From the NCBI GenBank assembly GCA_000320545.1, contig ADNK01000513.1:26206-90205 (forward strand): a DNA stretch of 64,000 nucleotides, given 5' to 3'. The DNA is from Bigelowiella natans CCMP2755 (taxonomy: Eukaryota > Protista > Cercozoa). Below the pieces are notes generated by a model. That model made no database searches. It worked only from the letters and a program-made list of their open reading frames with translations, and was not told the origin of the DNA. A program made the translations under genes and the position numbers. Shown here piece after piece: positions 12,687 to 26,347 of the stretch; within the stretch, counting starts at the first letter, position 1; every line of letters starts with the position of its first letter.

Positions 12687-14726
12687 ATGAGCGGTGCAAA
12701 AGCAATTGTCGCCATCTCTGTCTACATCACCGATACCCAGTACAACATGGTTCGCGTAGACCCAAGCACGACATGTGAGACGGTATAAATCTTTAACATT
12801 ATGCGAGAACGGCAACATATGAGTGAAAGATATGGGACTCTTAATGTGGATGCTCACCCGCTTTGAAACCATCATTTATTGTCAGATTTGCTCCTCCGTT
12901 GTTAAAAAAAGAAACCTTGATCCATCCCAGAAGGTATTCTTATTAACGATGTTCCGACCAATACGTTTGCATTGATTGCCAATTATTTGATCCTATTCAG
13001 TATTGCCTCGTTCTGGAATTTGACGAGGAACTAGAGGTGGCATATGTAACACAAGAATAATTGGCGCTGATAAATAAATAAATATACGGAGCATCAAATA
13101 TATGCCTCCAGGCTCTTGCGTTTGAAATGAGCTGAATCTTTGCGCTAAGACAACGATTCCCCCCCCCCCCCCCCCCCTCTCTCTTATATGCTCTTCTCAC
13201 CTTCACAGTCCAAATTGCACCCGAAAGACAGCATTCTTGAAATTCTCTCATCATACCGCCAAGGATCAGAGGACAAAGGTGGTGGTACCCTTAGCAGAAA
13301 AAGAAGAAGAAGATGATCATGATCATGATGAAAGAAGTGAATGTAATTAATCTAGTAGATAGAAGATACCAATAGAAGAAGCGTGGAGCAACTCTCACAA
13401 GCTCGGGGCAGCACGCAATGTGTACCATTCTCTTAAATTCTTTGTGCGGCTCCTCCACGTAGTATCTCGCTCTAATCGTGCATATTTGTCTTAGTCCGAG
13501 TGGTGCTTAAGCCTAGCGAAGGGGTCGAAGAAGAGTCTGAGGGAGAAGAGGAGGATTCAGACGTACAGGAAGAAAGAAAGCGAGAGAGAGAGAATAAAAG
13601 ATCAATTTTGTAAAGTCCCCACGTTGAATGACAGAAAATAAAGAATAGCCTGTCCTCATAGCATATGCCATATCAATGAAGCAACGCGCTCATTTGCGCG
13701 ATTATACACACTGTTGAAGGCTACTGTGCTGTTCATCAAATTTTATTGGCTAACAGGATGAGGACATGTTTGGCGGTCTAGACAGCGAGGAGGGCAGCGA
13801 ATTTCAAGGTTACTCCGACTTCATATAATTCTCATATCTTGTAGTTGTTCTATGGTATTTGCTCTGTCTGCATGCTGCTGCTGCTGTCATTGCGTTGCTC
13901 CTCTCACTTTCATCTTCTTCCAGGTGTCCTTATGAAGCGTGGCGAGCTGAACAAGTCGTGGAAAGAGCGTTTCTTCGAGATCCAGGTATGCTGCCACGAA
14001 GTCTAAGAAGAAGAAGAAGTAGAAGAAGAAGAAGAAAAAGAAGAAGACTCTCTGGACTTAGAGTTAGAACGTCGCACACAACATGAAGAAGAATACCCCA
14101 TGTCAATTATAATCAAAACATCTTCCGGAGTAAGGAAATTGTAGTGCGATGGTAGATAGAGTAGTAGTCCGCCGCAAAAAAAATAAGCTCGTTCCCTCTT
14201 CAAACCATGGTGGTGATGGCAAATATGAATTGGATACACCCTCCTTCCTTACCCCGTTTTATCATCATCTACTCGCTTCTCAGAAAGGGGAGCTGGTGTA
14301 CCGGAAAGGGCCCAAGGGAAGGCGGAGAGGCACTATTCCGCTTAGAGAAGCTGTGATTACTATGACGCCGAGGTTGGTCACCAATTGATGACGACGGCGA
14401 CGATGATAATGATGATATTGAGAATGATGATAATGATGATCATGATGATGATGATACAATTGATCTTTTCGGGTTGTTCCCTCACATGTGGTTATCATTA
14501 GGGAGAAACCGAGCAGCGGGCGTTTCATGATTCGGGTACCGGACACAACACGCGTGTTCCACTTGAAGGCGGCTAACTACGATCAGATGGTAATCTGGAT
14601 CGAGGCCTTGCGAAGGTACTCGCAGCAATGAATCATGCAAGAGGGAACGTTGGCGTCATGGTCGCCCCTACATGCTGTCTCACACAGTAGCGATTCGTGT
14701 CTTTTCACTTTCTCCCAGTACATATG

Positions 14727-14770
<44 letters not shown>

Positions 14771-14991
14771 GATCGATCTACATCGAATATAACGTTGAGT
14801 GTTCTATCGTGCTATCTTCTTCGTAACCACAACAACCCTCACCCTGTCTCCTCCTCCTCCTCCTCCTCCTCCTCCTCCTCCTCTCTCCAAAGCCGTTCAG
14901 AGGTCGTTCAAGAGAATATGTCAATTGACGTCATTGGGGGCTGGATTCAGGTAAGAAGATTGTAAGACGACGACGACACGCTAACATACAA

Positions 14992-15027
<36 letters not shown>

Positions 15028-15643
15028 CATATATAACAGAATTAAAATAGGTGTGTGAGTGCGTGTACAAACAATGAGATGCAGCAGCTAATGGTCAAAT
15101 CTAAAATTGTGTTTGATTTTACCCTGTAGCGAATAGAATCGATCCAAGCTGAAGTGGAGGAGCGCCACAACGGTAGTAAGTAGCAGCAGAGTGCCATTAA
15201 GTCTTTTTCTCATTCTGGTTCTTTTTCTTCTTTCCTCGATCGGTAATGCACATGGTGATGATGATGTCGATGGCGACGGCAGAGAGGATTACATCCCTGG
15301 ACGCAGCAATAGCCAGTGGGAAGGAGGGTCAGCTCATATCTGAATTCAGTGAATTCCTTGAGAGCCGCACCATATCAAACAAGTTTCTGAAGTTTTGCGA
15401 GATGACTCGAGATCTCTCATCAGCGAAGGATAAGAGGACAGCAGGTGCTCTGTGGGCGTGCTGCCTTTGCCTGAATACGTAACAAAAAGCACGCGCGTGT
15501 ACACTGACTGGCAGCAGCAGGAAATATGATGACGTTCGGTTCTTCGTCATCACTCATTTCAGCAGCTTGGCAATTTTATCGCAGTGCGTGGGGTGATCAG
15601 CTGCTTGTTGCTGCTTGTACGGCACGATCCGTTGCCTCCATAA

Positions 15644-15720
<77 letters not shown>

Positions 15721-16209
15721 AATATATATTTTGCACTCCTCAGGAAAGGCGACGTTATCAACATACTTATCTGCCATCACGGTGATAGATAGATAGTAGT
15801 AAAAACAGATCTCATTTACCTCTCTCTCTCTCTCTCTTTCTCCCCTTTCTGCATGTGAGCATGCACGCGAGGGTCTACCAATCTCTTTCTCTCCTCCTTG
15901 CTATCCTTTTGCTATATGCATCATCAAGTCGTCGCGCAAGTAGTATCTACTAACACCTCTCTGCTCAATCTTCCTCCTCCCCCCTTCTCATAATTCAATC
16001 TTCTTTGTCGTTTACACAGAGGAAGGGCCGGGCATCGATGATGCGCATGGCAGGAGAGTCCAGCAATGTAGAAGAAGAAGGCGATGGCAGCAACGATGGG
16101 AGGAAGAAGAAGGGCGAGGATGAGGAGGATATACATAGGGAAGATGAGTGGAAGGTACCGCGCGGTTAGAAGAGAAAGACGGAGACAGAGAACGAAGTCT
16201 TCAATGTTT

Positions 16210-16247
<38 letters not shown>

Positions 16248-17477
16248 CAGAGCAGGTGGAAGTAGAATAGAGAGAGTGAGTCAGAAAAGAGGAAGATAGA
16301 GTGAGGGAGGGGGACGCACGCATGCACTACATACACACACACTTGTTCCCTCTTTCACTTCTTATTGTTGTTGTTCATCGTTCGAAAGGCGGCTGGTTAC
16401 GAAGGAGAAGACAACAGCACCACGAACATGGACGCCGCTGGTGAGATGATATTAGTGGCACAGGCGATCAATGCGCTGCCGCAAAGAGGGCGCGGAGAGA
16501 CCAGAAAGTTATCTCAAATCCTCGAGGTCGGCTTGCTATGATGGGAATAAATGATGCTGATGACGACGACGACGATGATGATGATGATGATAACTCTAAA
16601 CCCGCCATTTGTTGGTGGTTTGTTCAGTCCGGTGATGAAGCGGCTCTGGGGGAGCTCGAAGAGTTGTTAGGGTCGCTGTCGTGCCAAGTTTACCAGATAC
16701 TGGAACCCTGCTACTCCATCTTCATCAGAAAGAATGTAGTCATACTAGATGGAAGTAGTAGGAGTAGTTGTAGTAATAGTAGTCGTCGTCGTCGTCGTGC
16801 GTTTGTTTGTGCGAATATAGAGAAAGACAAAGAGAGAGAGAGAGAGGGAGAGAGAGAGAGAGAGGATGTTTATAAGAAGAAGACTCAAACGACGGCACGA
16901 CATGCTGAAAGCAGCACAAAGTAGCAGCTGTCTTGCAGCTACCAGTAAGTTGAGAAGGATAGATAATAGTCAGCGTGCAGTTATTTTTGCCCTTGCCCGC
17001 TACTACATCAATCAGTAGTGAATGGGGTCCTCCTGAAAGCAGCCATTCGCTAGCTTGAGACTTGCTGCTATTATTTGTTTGTTTTGTGACTCGCAAAAAA
17101 GACGATGGCGATGCGTGCGAGATGGGCCCCAGACGACACCGCTAGAAACATCGAGCAGAAAATAATAGGAGGAGGAAGATTTGTTAGTAGTGGTGGTGGT
17201 GGTGGTAGTAGTAGTAAAAGTAGTAGTAGTAGTAAAAGCGACGAGAAGGACAGAGTGGCGCGAGCTGCTATATCCGCCATACGCATAAATCCTGTATCAC
17301 TCAAGAAGGAGACGAAGAGAGCATGTGCACGGTACTACTGCAATTACGTAACAATACAGCAATAAATATTCTATATTTATCTTCATGTTTCACGCGATGA
17401 GTGTCCTATGATGATGATGTTGTTGTTGTTGTTGTTGTTCTTGTTGTATCACCTTGCTTTCATGTCTGAGATGACAC

Positions 17478-17512
<35 letters not shown>

Positions 17513-18384
17513 CACGATGATAGGGCTCGCTCGCAATCTCCAAAGAGGAAGGTGAGAAGAGAGGAAAAAAGAGCGGGGAAACAAGGGAGGGAGGGAGGGA
17601 GGAGAAGTACCTCCTCAAAGCAGCGACAGTTATTCGCAATACGCACGCTGACGTTGGTGATAGTAGTGGTATATTCATGAAGTAGTGGTCAGCATTGGGG
17701 CTCATTAACCACTACCATTATCTCATTTTGTCATTTCCCCCTCCCCCCACCCCTCCTCCTCCTTCTCCTCCTCCTCTCCCTCATGGGGATTGTTCTTTTA
17801 TCCTTGTATCAAGGGGGGGAAGAATCGGGGAAAGAGAAGTAAACGTGCATCTACATTACCAACAAAAGGAGGAGGGGCCACTCCTCCAGCACTCCAAATC
17901 AACGATCTTCCTCCCAAATTTTCCCGTCGTGGCAGCTATGTTGGCAGTCTTGGCCGCCGCAGTAAAGTGCTGGATCACATGTAACATGCTTAGATAGATC
18001 ATCATCGTTCATGCTATTCACTGCATGCATATTACTCACGCACGGTGTTGTTTTGGCATCATCAGCATCATTATCATCATCTTCATCATCATCGTGACTA
18101 TTGCAGTGCCTCCTCCTCCTTCATGCAGCTGCCTGCTTACACGTGATTGATGATGATGGAAAAACAACAACAATAACAAAAACATCCATCAGGGAATTGC
18201 TGAAAGCTAGCATCACACTTGGGAGAAATCAGAACAACAGAGCTGGGTCAAAGAAGGTAATATTAAGCAGCTCTCCGTAACTTGATGATCTTCAGCAGCA
18301 GCATCGTAATTGTCTTGACCATCGTCATCATCACTAAATCACGATCCATATCCGGTCATCACCCTACACATAGAGCTCCTTCGA

Positions 18385-18417
<33 letters not shown>

Positions 18418-19597
18418 CATGAGGATGGAGGAGGAGAAGAAGGGTGAAGGAAAGAAGAAAAAGAAGAAGCACGTTGCGGAACTGGAAATGCCGGAGTAAG
18501 TTCCATGCTGTCGGTCAACTCGTATCTATCTTCCTGCACTTATCACCACCATCATGATCATGATCTATCATCGTTGATTCTTGCTCGTTTGTTGTGCGAA
18601 TTGGCATGGCTGCTGCGCTTACGTGCCCGACAGTTCCTACGACGAAAAATGGACTGAAGAAGGTCAGAGAGCTGGCTTGGGGTGGGAGGCGAAAAAGAGG
18701 AAATAGCAACAAGAACAAATATATAGACTATAACATGGATGATGATGTGCTGGCGATGATTTACTTAAACAACAAAAATACGAAGAAGAAGAAGAAGAAG
18801 AAGAAAGAGGAGGACGGGGAGGAGGAGAAGGAGAGAGAAAGCAACAACAAAGCTGAAATATATCGCTGAAATATATCGCTGTTGGTTCTACACCATCATC
18901 ATCATCATCATCATCATCATGATGTTGTCGTGTAACATGTCTAGGGTCTGCTCGTAGTCCATCAACCAGCAACTCCCCTTTTGACTCCAACTTCTGGACG
19001 GGGGGGTGGGAGAGAAGTGAAATAGAAGAAGAAGAGAGCAAAGTTGATGGTTCTAGTGGAGGGCCTGTTGGCAGCCACGATGGTGGTACTACTGCAGCAC
19101 CCACAGTAACAACAGCTGAACCGGACGTTCCCGCTGTAACTTCTATCAATAGGAGAGGAGGCGGGGATAACAGTACCGGCGCTCCTACTCCAAGCAATAG
19201 TAGTAGTAGTAGTAGTAGTTGTAGTAGTAGTGAGGCAGCAGCGTCATCATCATTATCATCATCCTCAGTATCAGGCGCGTCATCATCAGCCGTGACGGCA
19301 TCAGTTTCAGCATCAAGGTTGACGAAGCGCAAATCTTCAACGGCGGGTGGTGGTTCTGGGATGGATGTGATATCGGAGGATGATGGGCTTGATGCCGTCG
19401 ATCATCCTGTGACTGGAAGGAGAAACAAAGAGACCAGCAGTTATACCAATGCTCCTGTAATATCCTTCTCCCCCCCCCCCCTCCCCTCTTCTTCCCTAAC
19501 TTCTTTCGTCGCTGCGCGAGTACTAGGAGCAGAAAGTCTCAAATTGAATCGAATCTCACCCCCCTCCCCCCCCCTCCCACTCTGTCTCTTGCTGTGT

Positions 19598-19628
<31 letters not shown>

Positions 19629-20452
19629 GTCCTACTATGTGTTTCTGGTTGAAATTAGGACGGAAAGACTGGTGGAGGATCGGGTTCGTCGAGATTAGCA
19701 CCTACGTCGTCGTCGGCATCGGCAACTTCAACAGGAAAGAAGAATCGCGAGGCTTCAACAACCGCAACATCCTCCTCCAGGAAGAAGTGGGGAGGGGGAA
19801 CCATTTTTGACGATGACCAAGGGGACGACGACGACGACGTTCGTGCAAAATTTTTCCTTTAATACGGCAGAGAGAGCATTGTTACAACAACAGCAACAGC
19901 TTCCATTTTCAACTTTGAATACAGATCTGGCAGAACACCGCATTACCCCCCCCCCCTTGCTTGCGACAATAGCTACAAAGCACTGAACATAAATTTCCAT
20001 TATCATATACTGCCCTGAATTACGCGATAATTATTTGATGAATAGCTGTTCGGGTCTGTACGAAAAAAAGATAGCATGGATGGCAAAGGATCTTCTACAG
20101 CTACCAAATCAAATGTTGGAGGAAGGGGCGAAGGAGGAGCAGGAGACATCCTCGGTGCAGATCTTGGGGAATTTCTTGAAGCTGACGATGTAGCAACTAA
20201 CCTAATAGGAACAGCATTTTTGTTTGGTTCGCGTCATCAATAAAAGCATTTTCCATCCTGAAGGTCCTTAAGGAACTTGGCGGTGGAGCGAGCGAATTAG
20301 ATGCAGGTGCTATCCATTAATTTGCGTGCCCCCCTCACATATGTCACACTGAAAAGATTTTATGTTGCGTTGTTGTGTCGTTGAAAGACGGGCTACTGGA
20401 AAATGAGGATGAAGATGCGAATGCAAACGACGACCTTTTTGCTGGTATATAG
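12687..20452 (+). CDS. Multi-exon signalling protein: RA (Ras-association-like) + PH + RGS-like domain + long low-complexity tail
   Basis: Exons: MSGAKAIVAISVYITDTQYNMVRVDPSTTCET|ICSSVVKKRNLDPSQK|YCLVLEFDEELE|SKLHPKDSILEIL (RA-like). FQ|GVLMKRGELNKSWKERFFEIQ|KGELVYRK...GTIPL|...FMIRVPDTTRVFHLKAANYDQMVIWIEALR (PH). SLDAAI...FSEFLESRTISNKFLKFCE...INALP...QVYQILEPCYSIFIRK (RGS). Last exon ...NDDLFAGI* TAG 20450-20452. Tail exons are only partly resolved. Confidence 0.72.
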
Positions 20453-22199
20453 AAGTGAAGGCTAGCTTCCTATCTACTGGACGTTCTCTGTGTACCGATT
20501 ATTCGAATAATGTAATATGATCAACAATTGGCGAATGATAAGGAACTTAACTAAATCAGCTTATTGTTACTGAGCTAGCTAACATGTTCACTACAATTCC
20601 GAAATGGGTGTCTTACTCCACTATTAGACTAACGTTCACCTCGCACTAGAAATACCTGCCCGAGTGGCCAATCCCTAGGCGTGTGCGTGCACACTTCTGC
20701 GTGCATGCAGCATCGTACTTAGCAGCATCTAGTAGGGCTCGTGCGCTCCTCAAAATCCTGCGGCTGCTGCGCGTGATATCTAGGAAGTGAACTGCTTTGA
20801 AAGTCGTTTATTGCATTTCTACGCTCAGGGCTGCTGCATGCAGGCTGCGTACATCGAGTGTAGACATGCTAGCATCAGCTATCACATCTAGACATTGACC
20901 ATGTCATAGCTACTTTATTTAGAAACATGATCTAGATCTAGCTAAAGATGACAGATGATGTACAAAGCTAGAAAGCATCATCAGCTACATCTCTAGATCT
21001 AGCTCAACATGCATGTAACAATTTGGGTAATTACATCCGTCTCATGATTTAGGCAATGCAAATGTCTAGCTAGCTAGGTGGTAGCAGGCAGCAGGAGGCA
21101 CTCATGTGCATGTCTGTAGCCCCATGCTGTGCAACTGACAACAAACATTGGAGCACTAGATGACATGCAAGTATATGTACAAGAACAAAGCTGCTACAAT
21201 GTTCTACTGGTACGTAGTATCTAGGCACAAACACGTGCATGACGTGACATGACGTACGTATGCGACCGTTACCGCTTCCTTCCCGTGCGTTGGTGTCATG
21301 AGACGCTCATTCAGGCACGGGAAAATAAGACATTGCCCTAGCTAGCTAGACCGCACACTTGCTGGATCTCTAGATCTCCATCTACAGATGGCGGAATCGA
21401 AGGGCTTGTCAGCACGCACGTAGCTAGCTCAGTCAGGAAAGACCTTACCCCTAGCTAGCTCTAGAGCTAGTCGCTACGTAGTCAGTGTGGGCTAGAGAGG
21501 AAAGATATGAAGACCTGTGTGGGAAGCCCTGCTAGCTAGCTGGCCTGCGCCGGTCAGACCTCGCCCGATCGCATTGTCGCGCACACATGAACGTGCTAGC
21601 GTGTGACATGTCAACATTACGCTAGCTAGTGCGTACTAGCTAATGCAATTGTCATCCAAACAACCTCGCTTGCATTGCCATGCCATGTAGCCTTCGTGCA
21701 CATCGATCTATATATATGCATGCGGGCAAGTAAGCACGCACCGGCTGTCTACCTTGCCACGTGTACGTAGCCCATGACAGTGCTATGCATAGACACTCCG
21801 CTGTAGCGTAGATGGTAAAGCCGCGGCAGCAGGGTCACGCACTGCATCATCTAGTCATGCGAGACGTGTCATCATGTATGTATCTATCTAGACATGGCGC
21901 ACAAACTACTATGTCAGGCTAACGCACAATGTGAGTGAGTGAGCGAGCACATGGTCAAATATGTACGCATGATTGCTGCCGACGAGTATGTATTATAGCA
22001 TAGTGTTTGTGTGTGTGCTTGTGTGTAGCCCACAAATACATGATGATGACATGCCACATAATTGTTCGCGGACCGTCATAGCACACATCCAAGGCATGTT
22101 GGATCTGATGGAGAGTTTGCTGGAAGAACCTTCATCTTTATTCCTCCATGAATAAATTACAAACAGTCATTTTTCCTACAACGATTGAACTTAAATAAC
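20453..22199. other. Palindrome-rich convergent 3' spacer (RA-PH-RGS/MMTAG2)
   Basis: About 35 CTAG in 20570-21900 by hand count, plus many TGCA, CATG and TACGTA. Confidence 0.75.
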
Positions 22200-23509
22200 C
22201 TAATCTGACTCGCTATCGTCTGACCCTCTCCTCCTCTTTCGTGATTCTTTCTTTTTTGCTTTTTTTGCTTTCTTTGCTTCCTTCTTCGCTTTCTTTTTTG
22301 CTTTCTTCGCAGCCTTTGAGAGAAATAGTAATGAGAACAATGAGATAAGTTAGCATCAAGAACAAACCACCTTCTTTGCCTTTTTCAGAGCTTTTCTCGC
22401 ACCTTCGTCATCTTTACAGAGGTTAAATAATGCATATACATCCAGAACTTAAGGTATAATATTGTGACAAGTGTTGTCCAAAGATTCTTTGAAAAAAGGT
22501 TAATCCGAGTAATGCATTACTCCAAAGTATTATTCGTATTGGATGTACTCACAAGACGCTGTTTTTTACCTTCGTCATCTTCCGCTGCCTCTTTTGCTTT
22601 CGCCACAGCAGCCTTTGCCATTTCAAGCATCTAATAATACAAGGTTCTGCGTTTCTTTCTTTCCATATCGTTTACCAAATGGGTAATAATCATACCTTAC
22701 TTGCAGACAGTTTTGCTTTTGGTTTATCTTCCGATCTAGAAAAATGATTGTTCAACGCAAGAGAGACGACACAAAAATTAAACGGGTGGTACCCTCCTTC
22801 CCCGTCATCTCCTTCCGCAACTCTTTTCATCCCACTCGCAATCATTTCTCGAAGCTTCGCAACTTTATCGGCTTTCGATCGACCATCATGATACCTAGAA
22901 AGAGTCCCAAATTATGTAAATAGTTACATATATGGATCCAATGCATGTCGTGTTCTCTTCTAACCTTGAAGTGCTGGCCCCCAAACCATCAATTCGCTCA
23001 GCAGCTTGGGTATCATCCCTCTCGGTATCCCCTAAATACGAATATTATAAGGGAATAAAATTTGATTTTTTTATTTGTCTGACCTTTCTTTAGGAGTTCT
23101 TTCATTTCAGATTCACTCAGTTTGGTCTTTGATCTCCGTTTCTTCGTCGCCATCCCTCTGGAAGAACACTACGTCAGACACACACGTAAAATTTTGAAAC
23201 TTTCACTTACAATTTCTCCATGATAGCTTGACGATCGTTTTCTTTTACACGACGCATTTCTTCTGCCCTCCTCCTCCTTTCCACATCATTCTTGTCACCC
23301 CCTTGCTTCGATTTTGTCCACCATAATATGTCTCTCCCTTTCCAAGAATATCAATGTGAAGCTGTGATGAGATTTAAAGTGCAAACAGTATTACAACCTT
23401 TCTGCCAGCGACCAACCGGGGCATTAAGTGAGTGGCCGAGGTAGCATTCACGGTGTTTGTCGATCTTTACATCGTCCCAACTGAAACAATCTGGCCTACC
23501 GCGTGACAT
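22200..23509 (-). CDS. MMTAG2/C1orf35-like protein (multiple myeloma tumor-associated protein 2 family)
   Basis: [37 protein letters not shown]|GRDILWWTK is the family signature. Lys/Ala-rich tail ending [13 protein letters not shown], with several short introns. Confidence 0.88.
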
Positions 23510-24103
23510 GCTTTCCTTTTCTTAGTTTATGATAGATTTTTATGCAGTGCTACGATCTGCTTTTCAGTTTCGTTTGAGCTTGGAAGCGGGATTGTTATGA
23601 GGTGAGCTTTTTCTTCTTCCAGCAGTTCTTGTTCACGCCTCCATGAATTCTGGTGAAGCAGAACAGAGACATTCTCTCATGTTCTGAAGTTGAGAATTCT
23701 CACTTCTCAAACAATCAATGTCTTCCTGAAAGAATCCATCAAATCTGCATGAAAGCGACAAAAAGATTCCGCCAGCATTACGATCCGCAAAATTCAGCAA
23801 AAAGTTTACCAGAAAATTCCTAAAAAGTAGACACTACATTTGTGGAAGATCTGCTCTGCACTGCTTCTGCCTTCTTTGCATTTATGAACCTTTATGAGAA
23901 GAGAATCCTGCGAAATTATTGGTACAAGACTGGAGTAAGCACAGAGGTGCAGCAAATCAAGCTGTCGCAGGAATAAAATCTTCTCGAGTCATCTCGTTAC
24001 AGTCCGCTGCAGTACTCGTGTTCAGAAATTCGACACTTCGGAAATCACAGACACAGCAAGATTGCATTCGAAAATATTTTTACGACATTCCTATTTTGCA
24101 TCA

Positions 24104-25411
24104 ATGCGTTCGAAATCAAGGGCTTTGTTCGATTCCGGGAAGACGACAGATCTTGATGCCTCTTCTTCACATAATCTCAATTCAAGCGAGAGAGGAAGCA
24201 AACTACATTGTCCGAGGAGGGATTACTCATCAAAAACGATGGCGACTCTTACTAGCCGGAAGCGCACATGCCAAAGTAGGACCGAAGATGAAGAAGATAC
24301 GAAGTCAAAATCTGTCGAGTTTGAGGTCGATCTCGAGGTGGGTGAGAATGTTCCGAAGAGGGTTCACGTAGAGGGTACGAAGAGGACAACGGAAAAGGCA
24401 ACCTTCGAACCGAGAGAAGATAGTAAGGAAGAATCTTTCGAGGACATTCTAGGTCGATTTGCCCGTATCAACCTTAACAAAAAGCAGGATACTGAAGAGC
24501 GTTGCTTCCTTTGCGGAGAGGTAACGAAATTAAAGGAATTCGCTGCCCACATTCACGGATGTGTAGAAAAACTTCGAGAAGAAGATGAGGCTATGGAGTT
24601 AGCCTCGCTTGCTGCAAGTGGTGTTCCAGTATGTAATAGTGCATGCTCCCGTCGCGATTATTCTCATTTCATGTCCCACTACCATCCCCCGGCAATTTGT
24701 CCCGTTTGTGATGAGCAAATGCCCCTTTACGAAGTCGACGCTCATCTTACCCTATGCCTAAAGAAGTCTCGTTGTAGCTCGCGCTCTGTTGAAAATGACA
24801 TTGAAGTTGAAGTTGAAGAAGAGGATATGATGCCAAGAGGAATTGCGGAAGTGGAGATTAATGGGGAAAGGTACAAAATTGATTTGAACCAACTCACCCA
24901 AGAGAACCTTAAGACGGGAAGAAGGCGACAGATAAGGCGCACTGAGACGGGATGGAAGTGGTGTGATGATTCTGGACTATTCATTCCTTTCGACCCCGTT
25001 TCCAATCAAAAAATAGAAAAATGCATGGAAAAGACATTAAATGTTCCGGAAAACCCCAATGGCAAAACTGATTCGAAGGAAACCTCAGTATCCACAGAGG
25101 AATCATCTTCAACGGACAGCTCAAACCCCGCTGGTGCTCTTACCTGCGGTATTTGCTCTTCTCAGAACTCTGAAAATTCTGAAACCACTACTTCAAGTTT
25201 TGTGTCTACCATGGATCAGAAGTATCAATCAAAGCTTGATAGGAAGCTTGCAGGAAAGAAGTTAAGCAAAACCCAGATGGCAGCATGTGCAGCTCTCATC
25301 GTCCAGGAAAAGGACAGAGCTGATTCAGAAAAGTCGGTTTCCCTGGCTCGTCTTATGCAGAGCTTTAAATCTTTAGGGATCACCAAAGATAATATGAAAA
25401 AACAGCTTTGA
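24104..25411 (+). CDS. Intronless protein with UBZ-like, PBZ-like and UBZ4-like zinc fingers and a permuted WWE domain
   Basis: CFLC...HIHGC (24503-24561), CNSACSRRDYSHFMSHYH (24632-24685), CPVCDEQMPLYEVDAHLTLC (24698-24757), YKIDLNQLTQENLKTGRRRQIRR followed by WKWCDDSGLFIPFDPVSNQKIE. First ATG at 24104, alternative at 24239. Confidence 0.8.
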   Translation: MRSKSRALFDSGKTTDLDASSSHNLNSSERGSKLHCPRRDYSSKTMATLTSRKRTCQSRTEDEEDTKSKSVEFEVDLEVGENVPKRVHVEGTKRTTEKATFEPREDSKEESFEDILGRFARINLNKKQDTEERCFLCGEVTKLKEFAAHIHGCVEKLREEDEAMELASLAASGVPVCNSACSRRDYSHFMSHYHPPAICPVCDEQMPLYEVDAHLTLCLKKSRCSSRSVENDIEVEVEEEDMMPRGIAEVEINGERYKIDLNQLTQENLKTGRRRQIRRTETGWKWCDDSGLFIPFDPVSNQKIEKCMEKTLNVPENPNGKTDSKETSVSTEESSSTDSSNPAGALTCGICSSQNSENSETTTSSFVSTMDQKYQSKLDRKLAGKKLSKTQMAACAALIVQEKDRADSEKSVSLARLMQSFKSLGITKDNMKKQL

Positions 25412-26347
25412 ATTAAGTGGTTAGAATCATATGGATAAAAAATTAAGATTCGTTCGTAGAAGTAAAAGTGTTACGAAGTCTAAGCATATTTTTCCATCAC
25501 CCGAAATTTGAAGCTCGTTCTGTATAGGATGCTTTCGAATTACTTTCGAATTACAATGAGTACTGATTCGCACAATAAATTTCTGATGTTCGATTATTTA
25601 CTAGCTAGATAAATCGAAGATGATTTGATAATTTATATGACAAATTTCTATGTGACAAAAATTACATCATGTGTAACGTCATGTGCAAAATGTAGTCATA
25701 ATGTAAAGTTTCTGCGGATTATAGGATAGCTCATGATGATCTATGACTAGTACGTGGATAGAGCTTAGACACAGCATTCAGGCTTGCAACAGCGGGCTCA
25801 AAGGATCAATTCCATACGCAGACATTGTGACGCCGGTCATTGCATGCATGGCATTGCTCACGCCATGAGACGGTAGGTGTAATGAGCTAATGTAGCTCTG
25901 AGCTGTGCAATGCAGCGGCTAGAGCGCTAATGCATGTGTTGATGTCATTGTCTAGCTAGCTAGTTGCGTCCGTTTGTTGATGTTGACTATACGATTTTTA
26001 TCATTGTGCATCATCAATCATATAGGACAAACTAGCATTGCGCTTGTGCGTGTGCTTGCTGCTTGCTTGAGAAAATCTCATTCTTTGAGTCAAGAAATAT
26101 CTACATCAGATGGGATTTATTCTGAATTAGATGTTAATATTTATTTACATGATAATGCAATCGCTAAGATAGTTCGTGACTTCTAGATTTTCGGTCTACG
26201 GCGCGTGAGCTTTATTATCATGCATAACGATTAAGGACGATGTTATATGTGTTCAGCCTATTAAAGTTTGCTTGCCCAAAATATACCACTTCACAAGCAT
26301 AGAGCAAATGCCAGAATGCTAGAAATCCACAAATTATTAGATAATTT
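25412..26347. other. Palindrome-rich convergent 3' spacer (WWE/acylated hypothetical)
   Basis: CTAGCTAG, TGCATGCATG, TCTAGCTAGCTAG. Confidence 0.6.

Noticed and set aside
13408-13495. GC-AG intron in the RA domain
   Set aside because: An equally in-phase GT donor exists 12 nt downstream, so it cannot be decided from sequence alone.
18664-19332. 222-aa minus-strand ORF and other long antisense ORFs (31236, 36612, 50370 on -, 61110 on +)
   Set aside because: Antisense shadows of low-complexity or repetitive coding exons on the opposite strand.
20570-21900. CTAG-rich DNA as interstitial telomere (TCTAGGG/TTAGGG) or a MITE family
   Set aside because: No tandem telomeric units, terminal inverted repeats, target duplications or visible homology between spacers.
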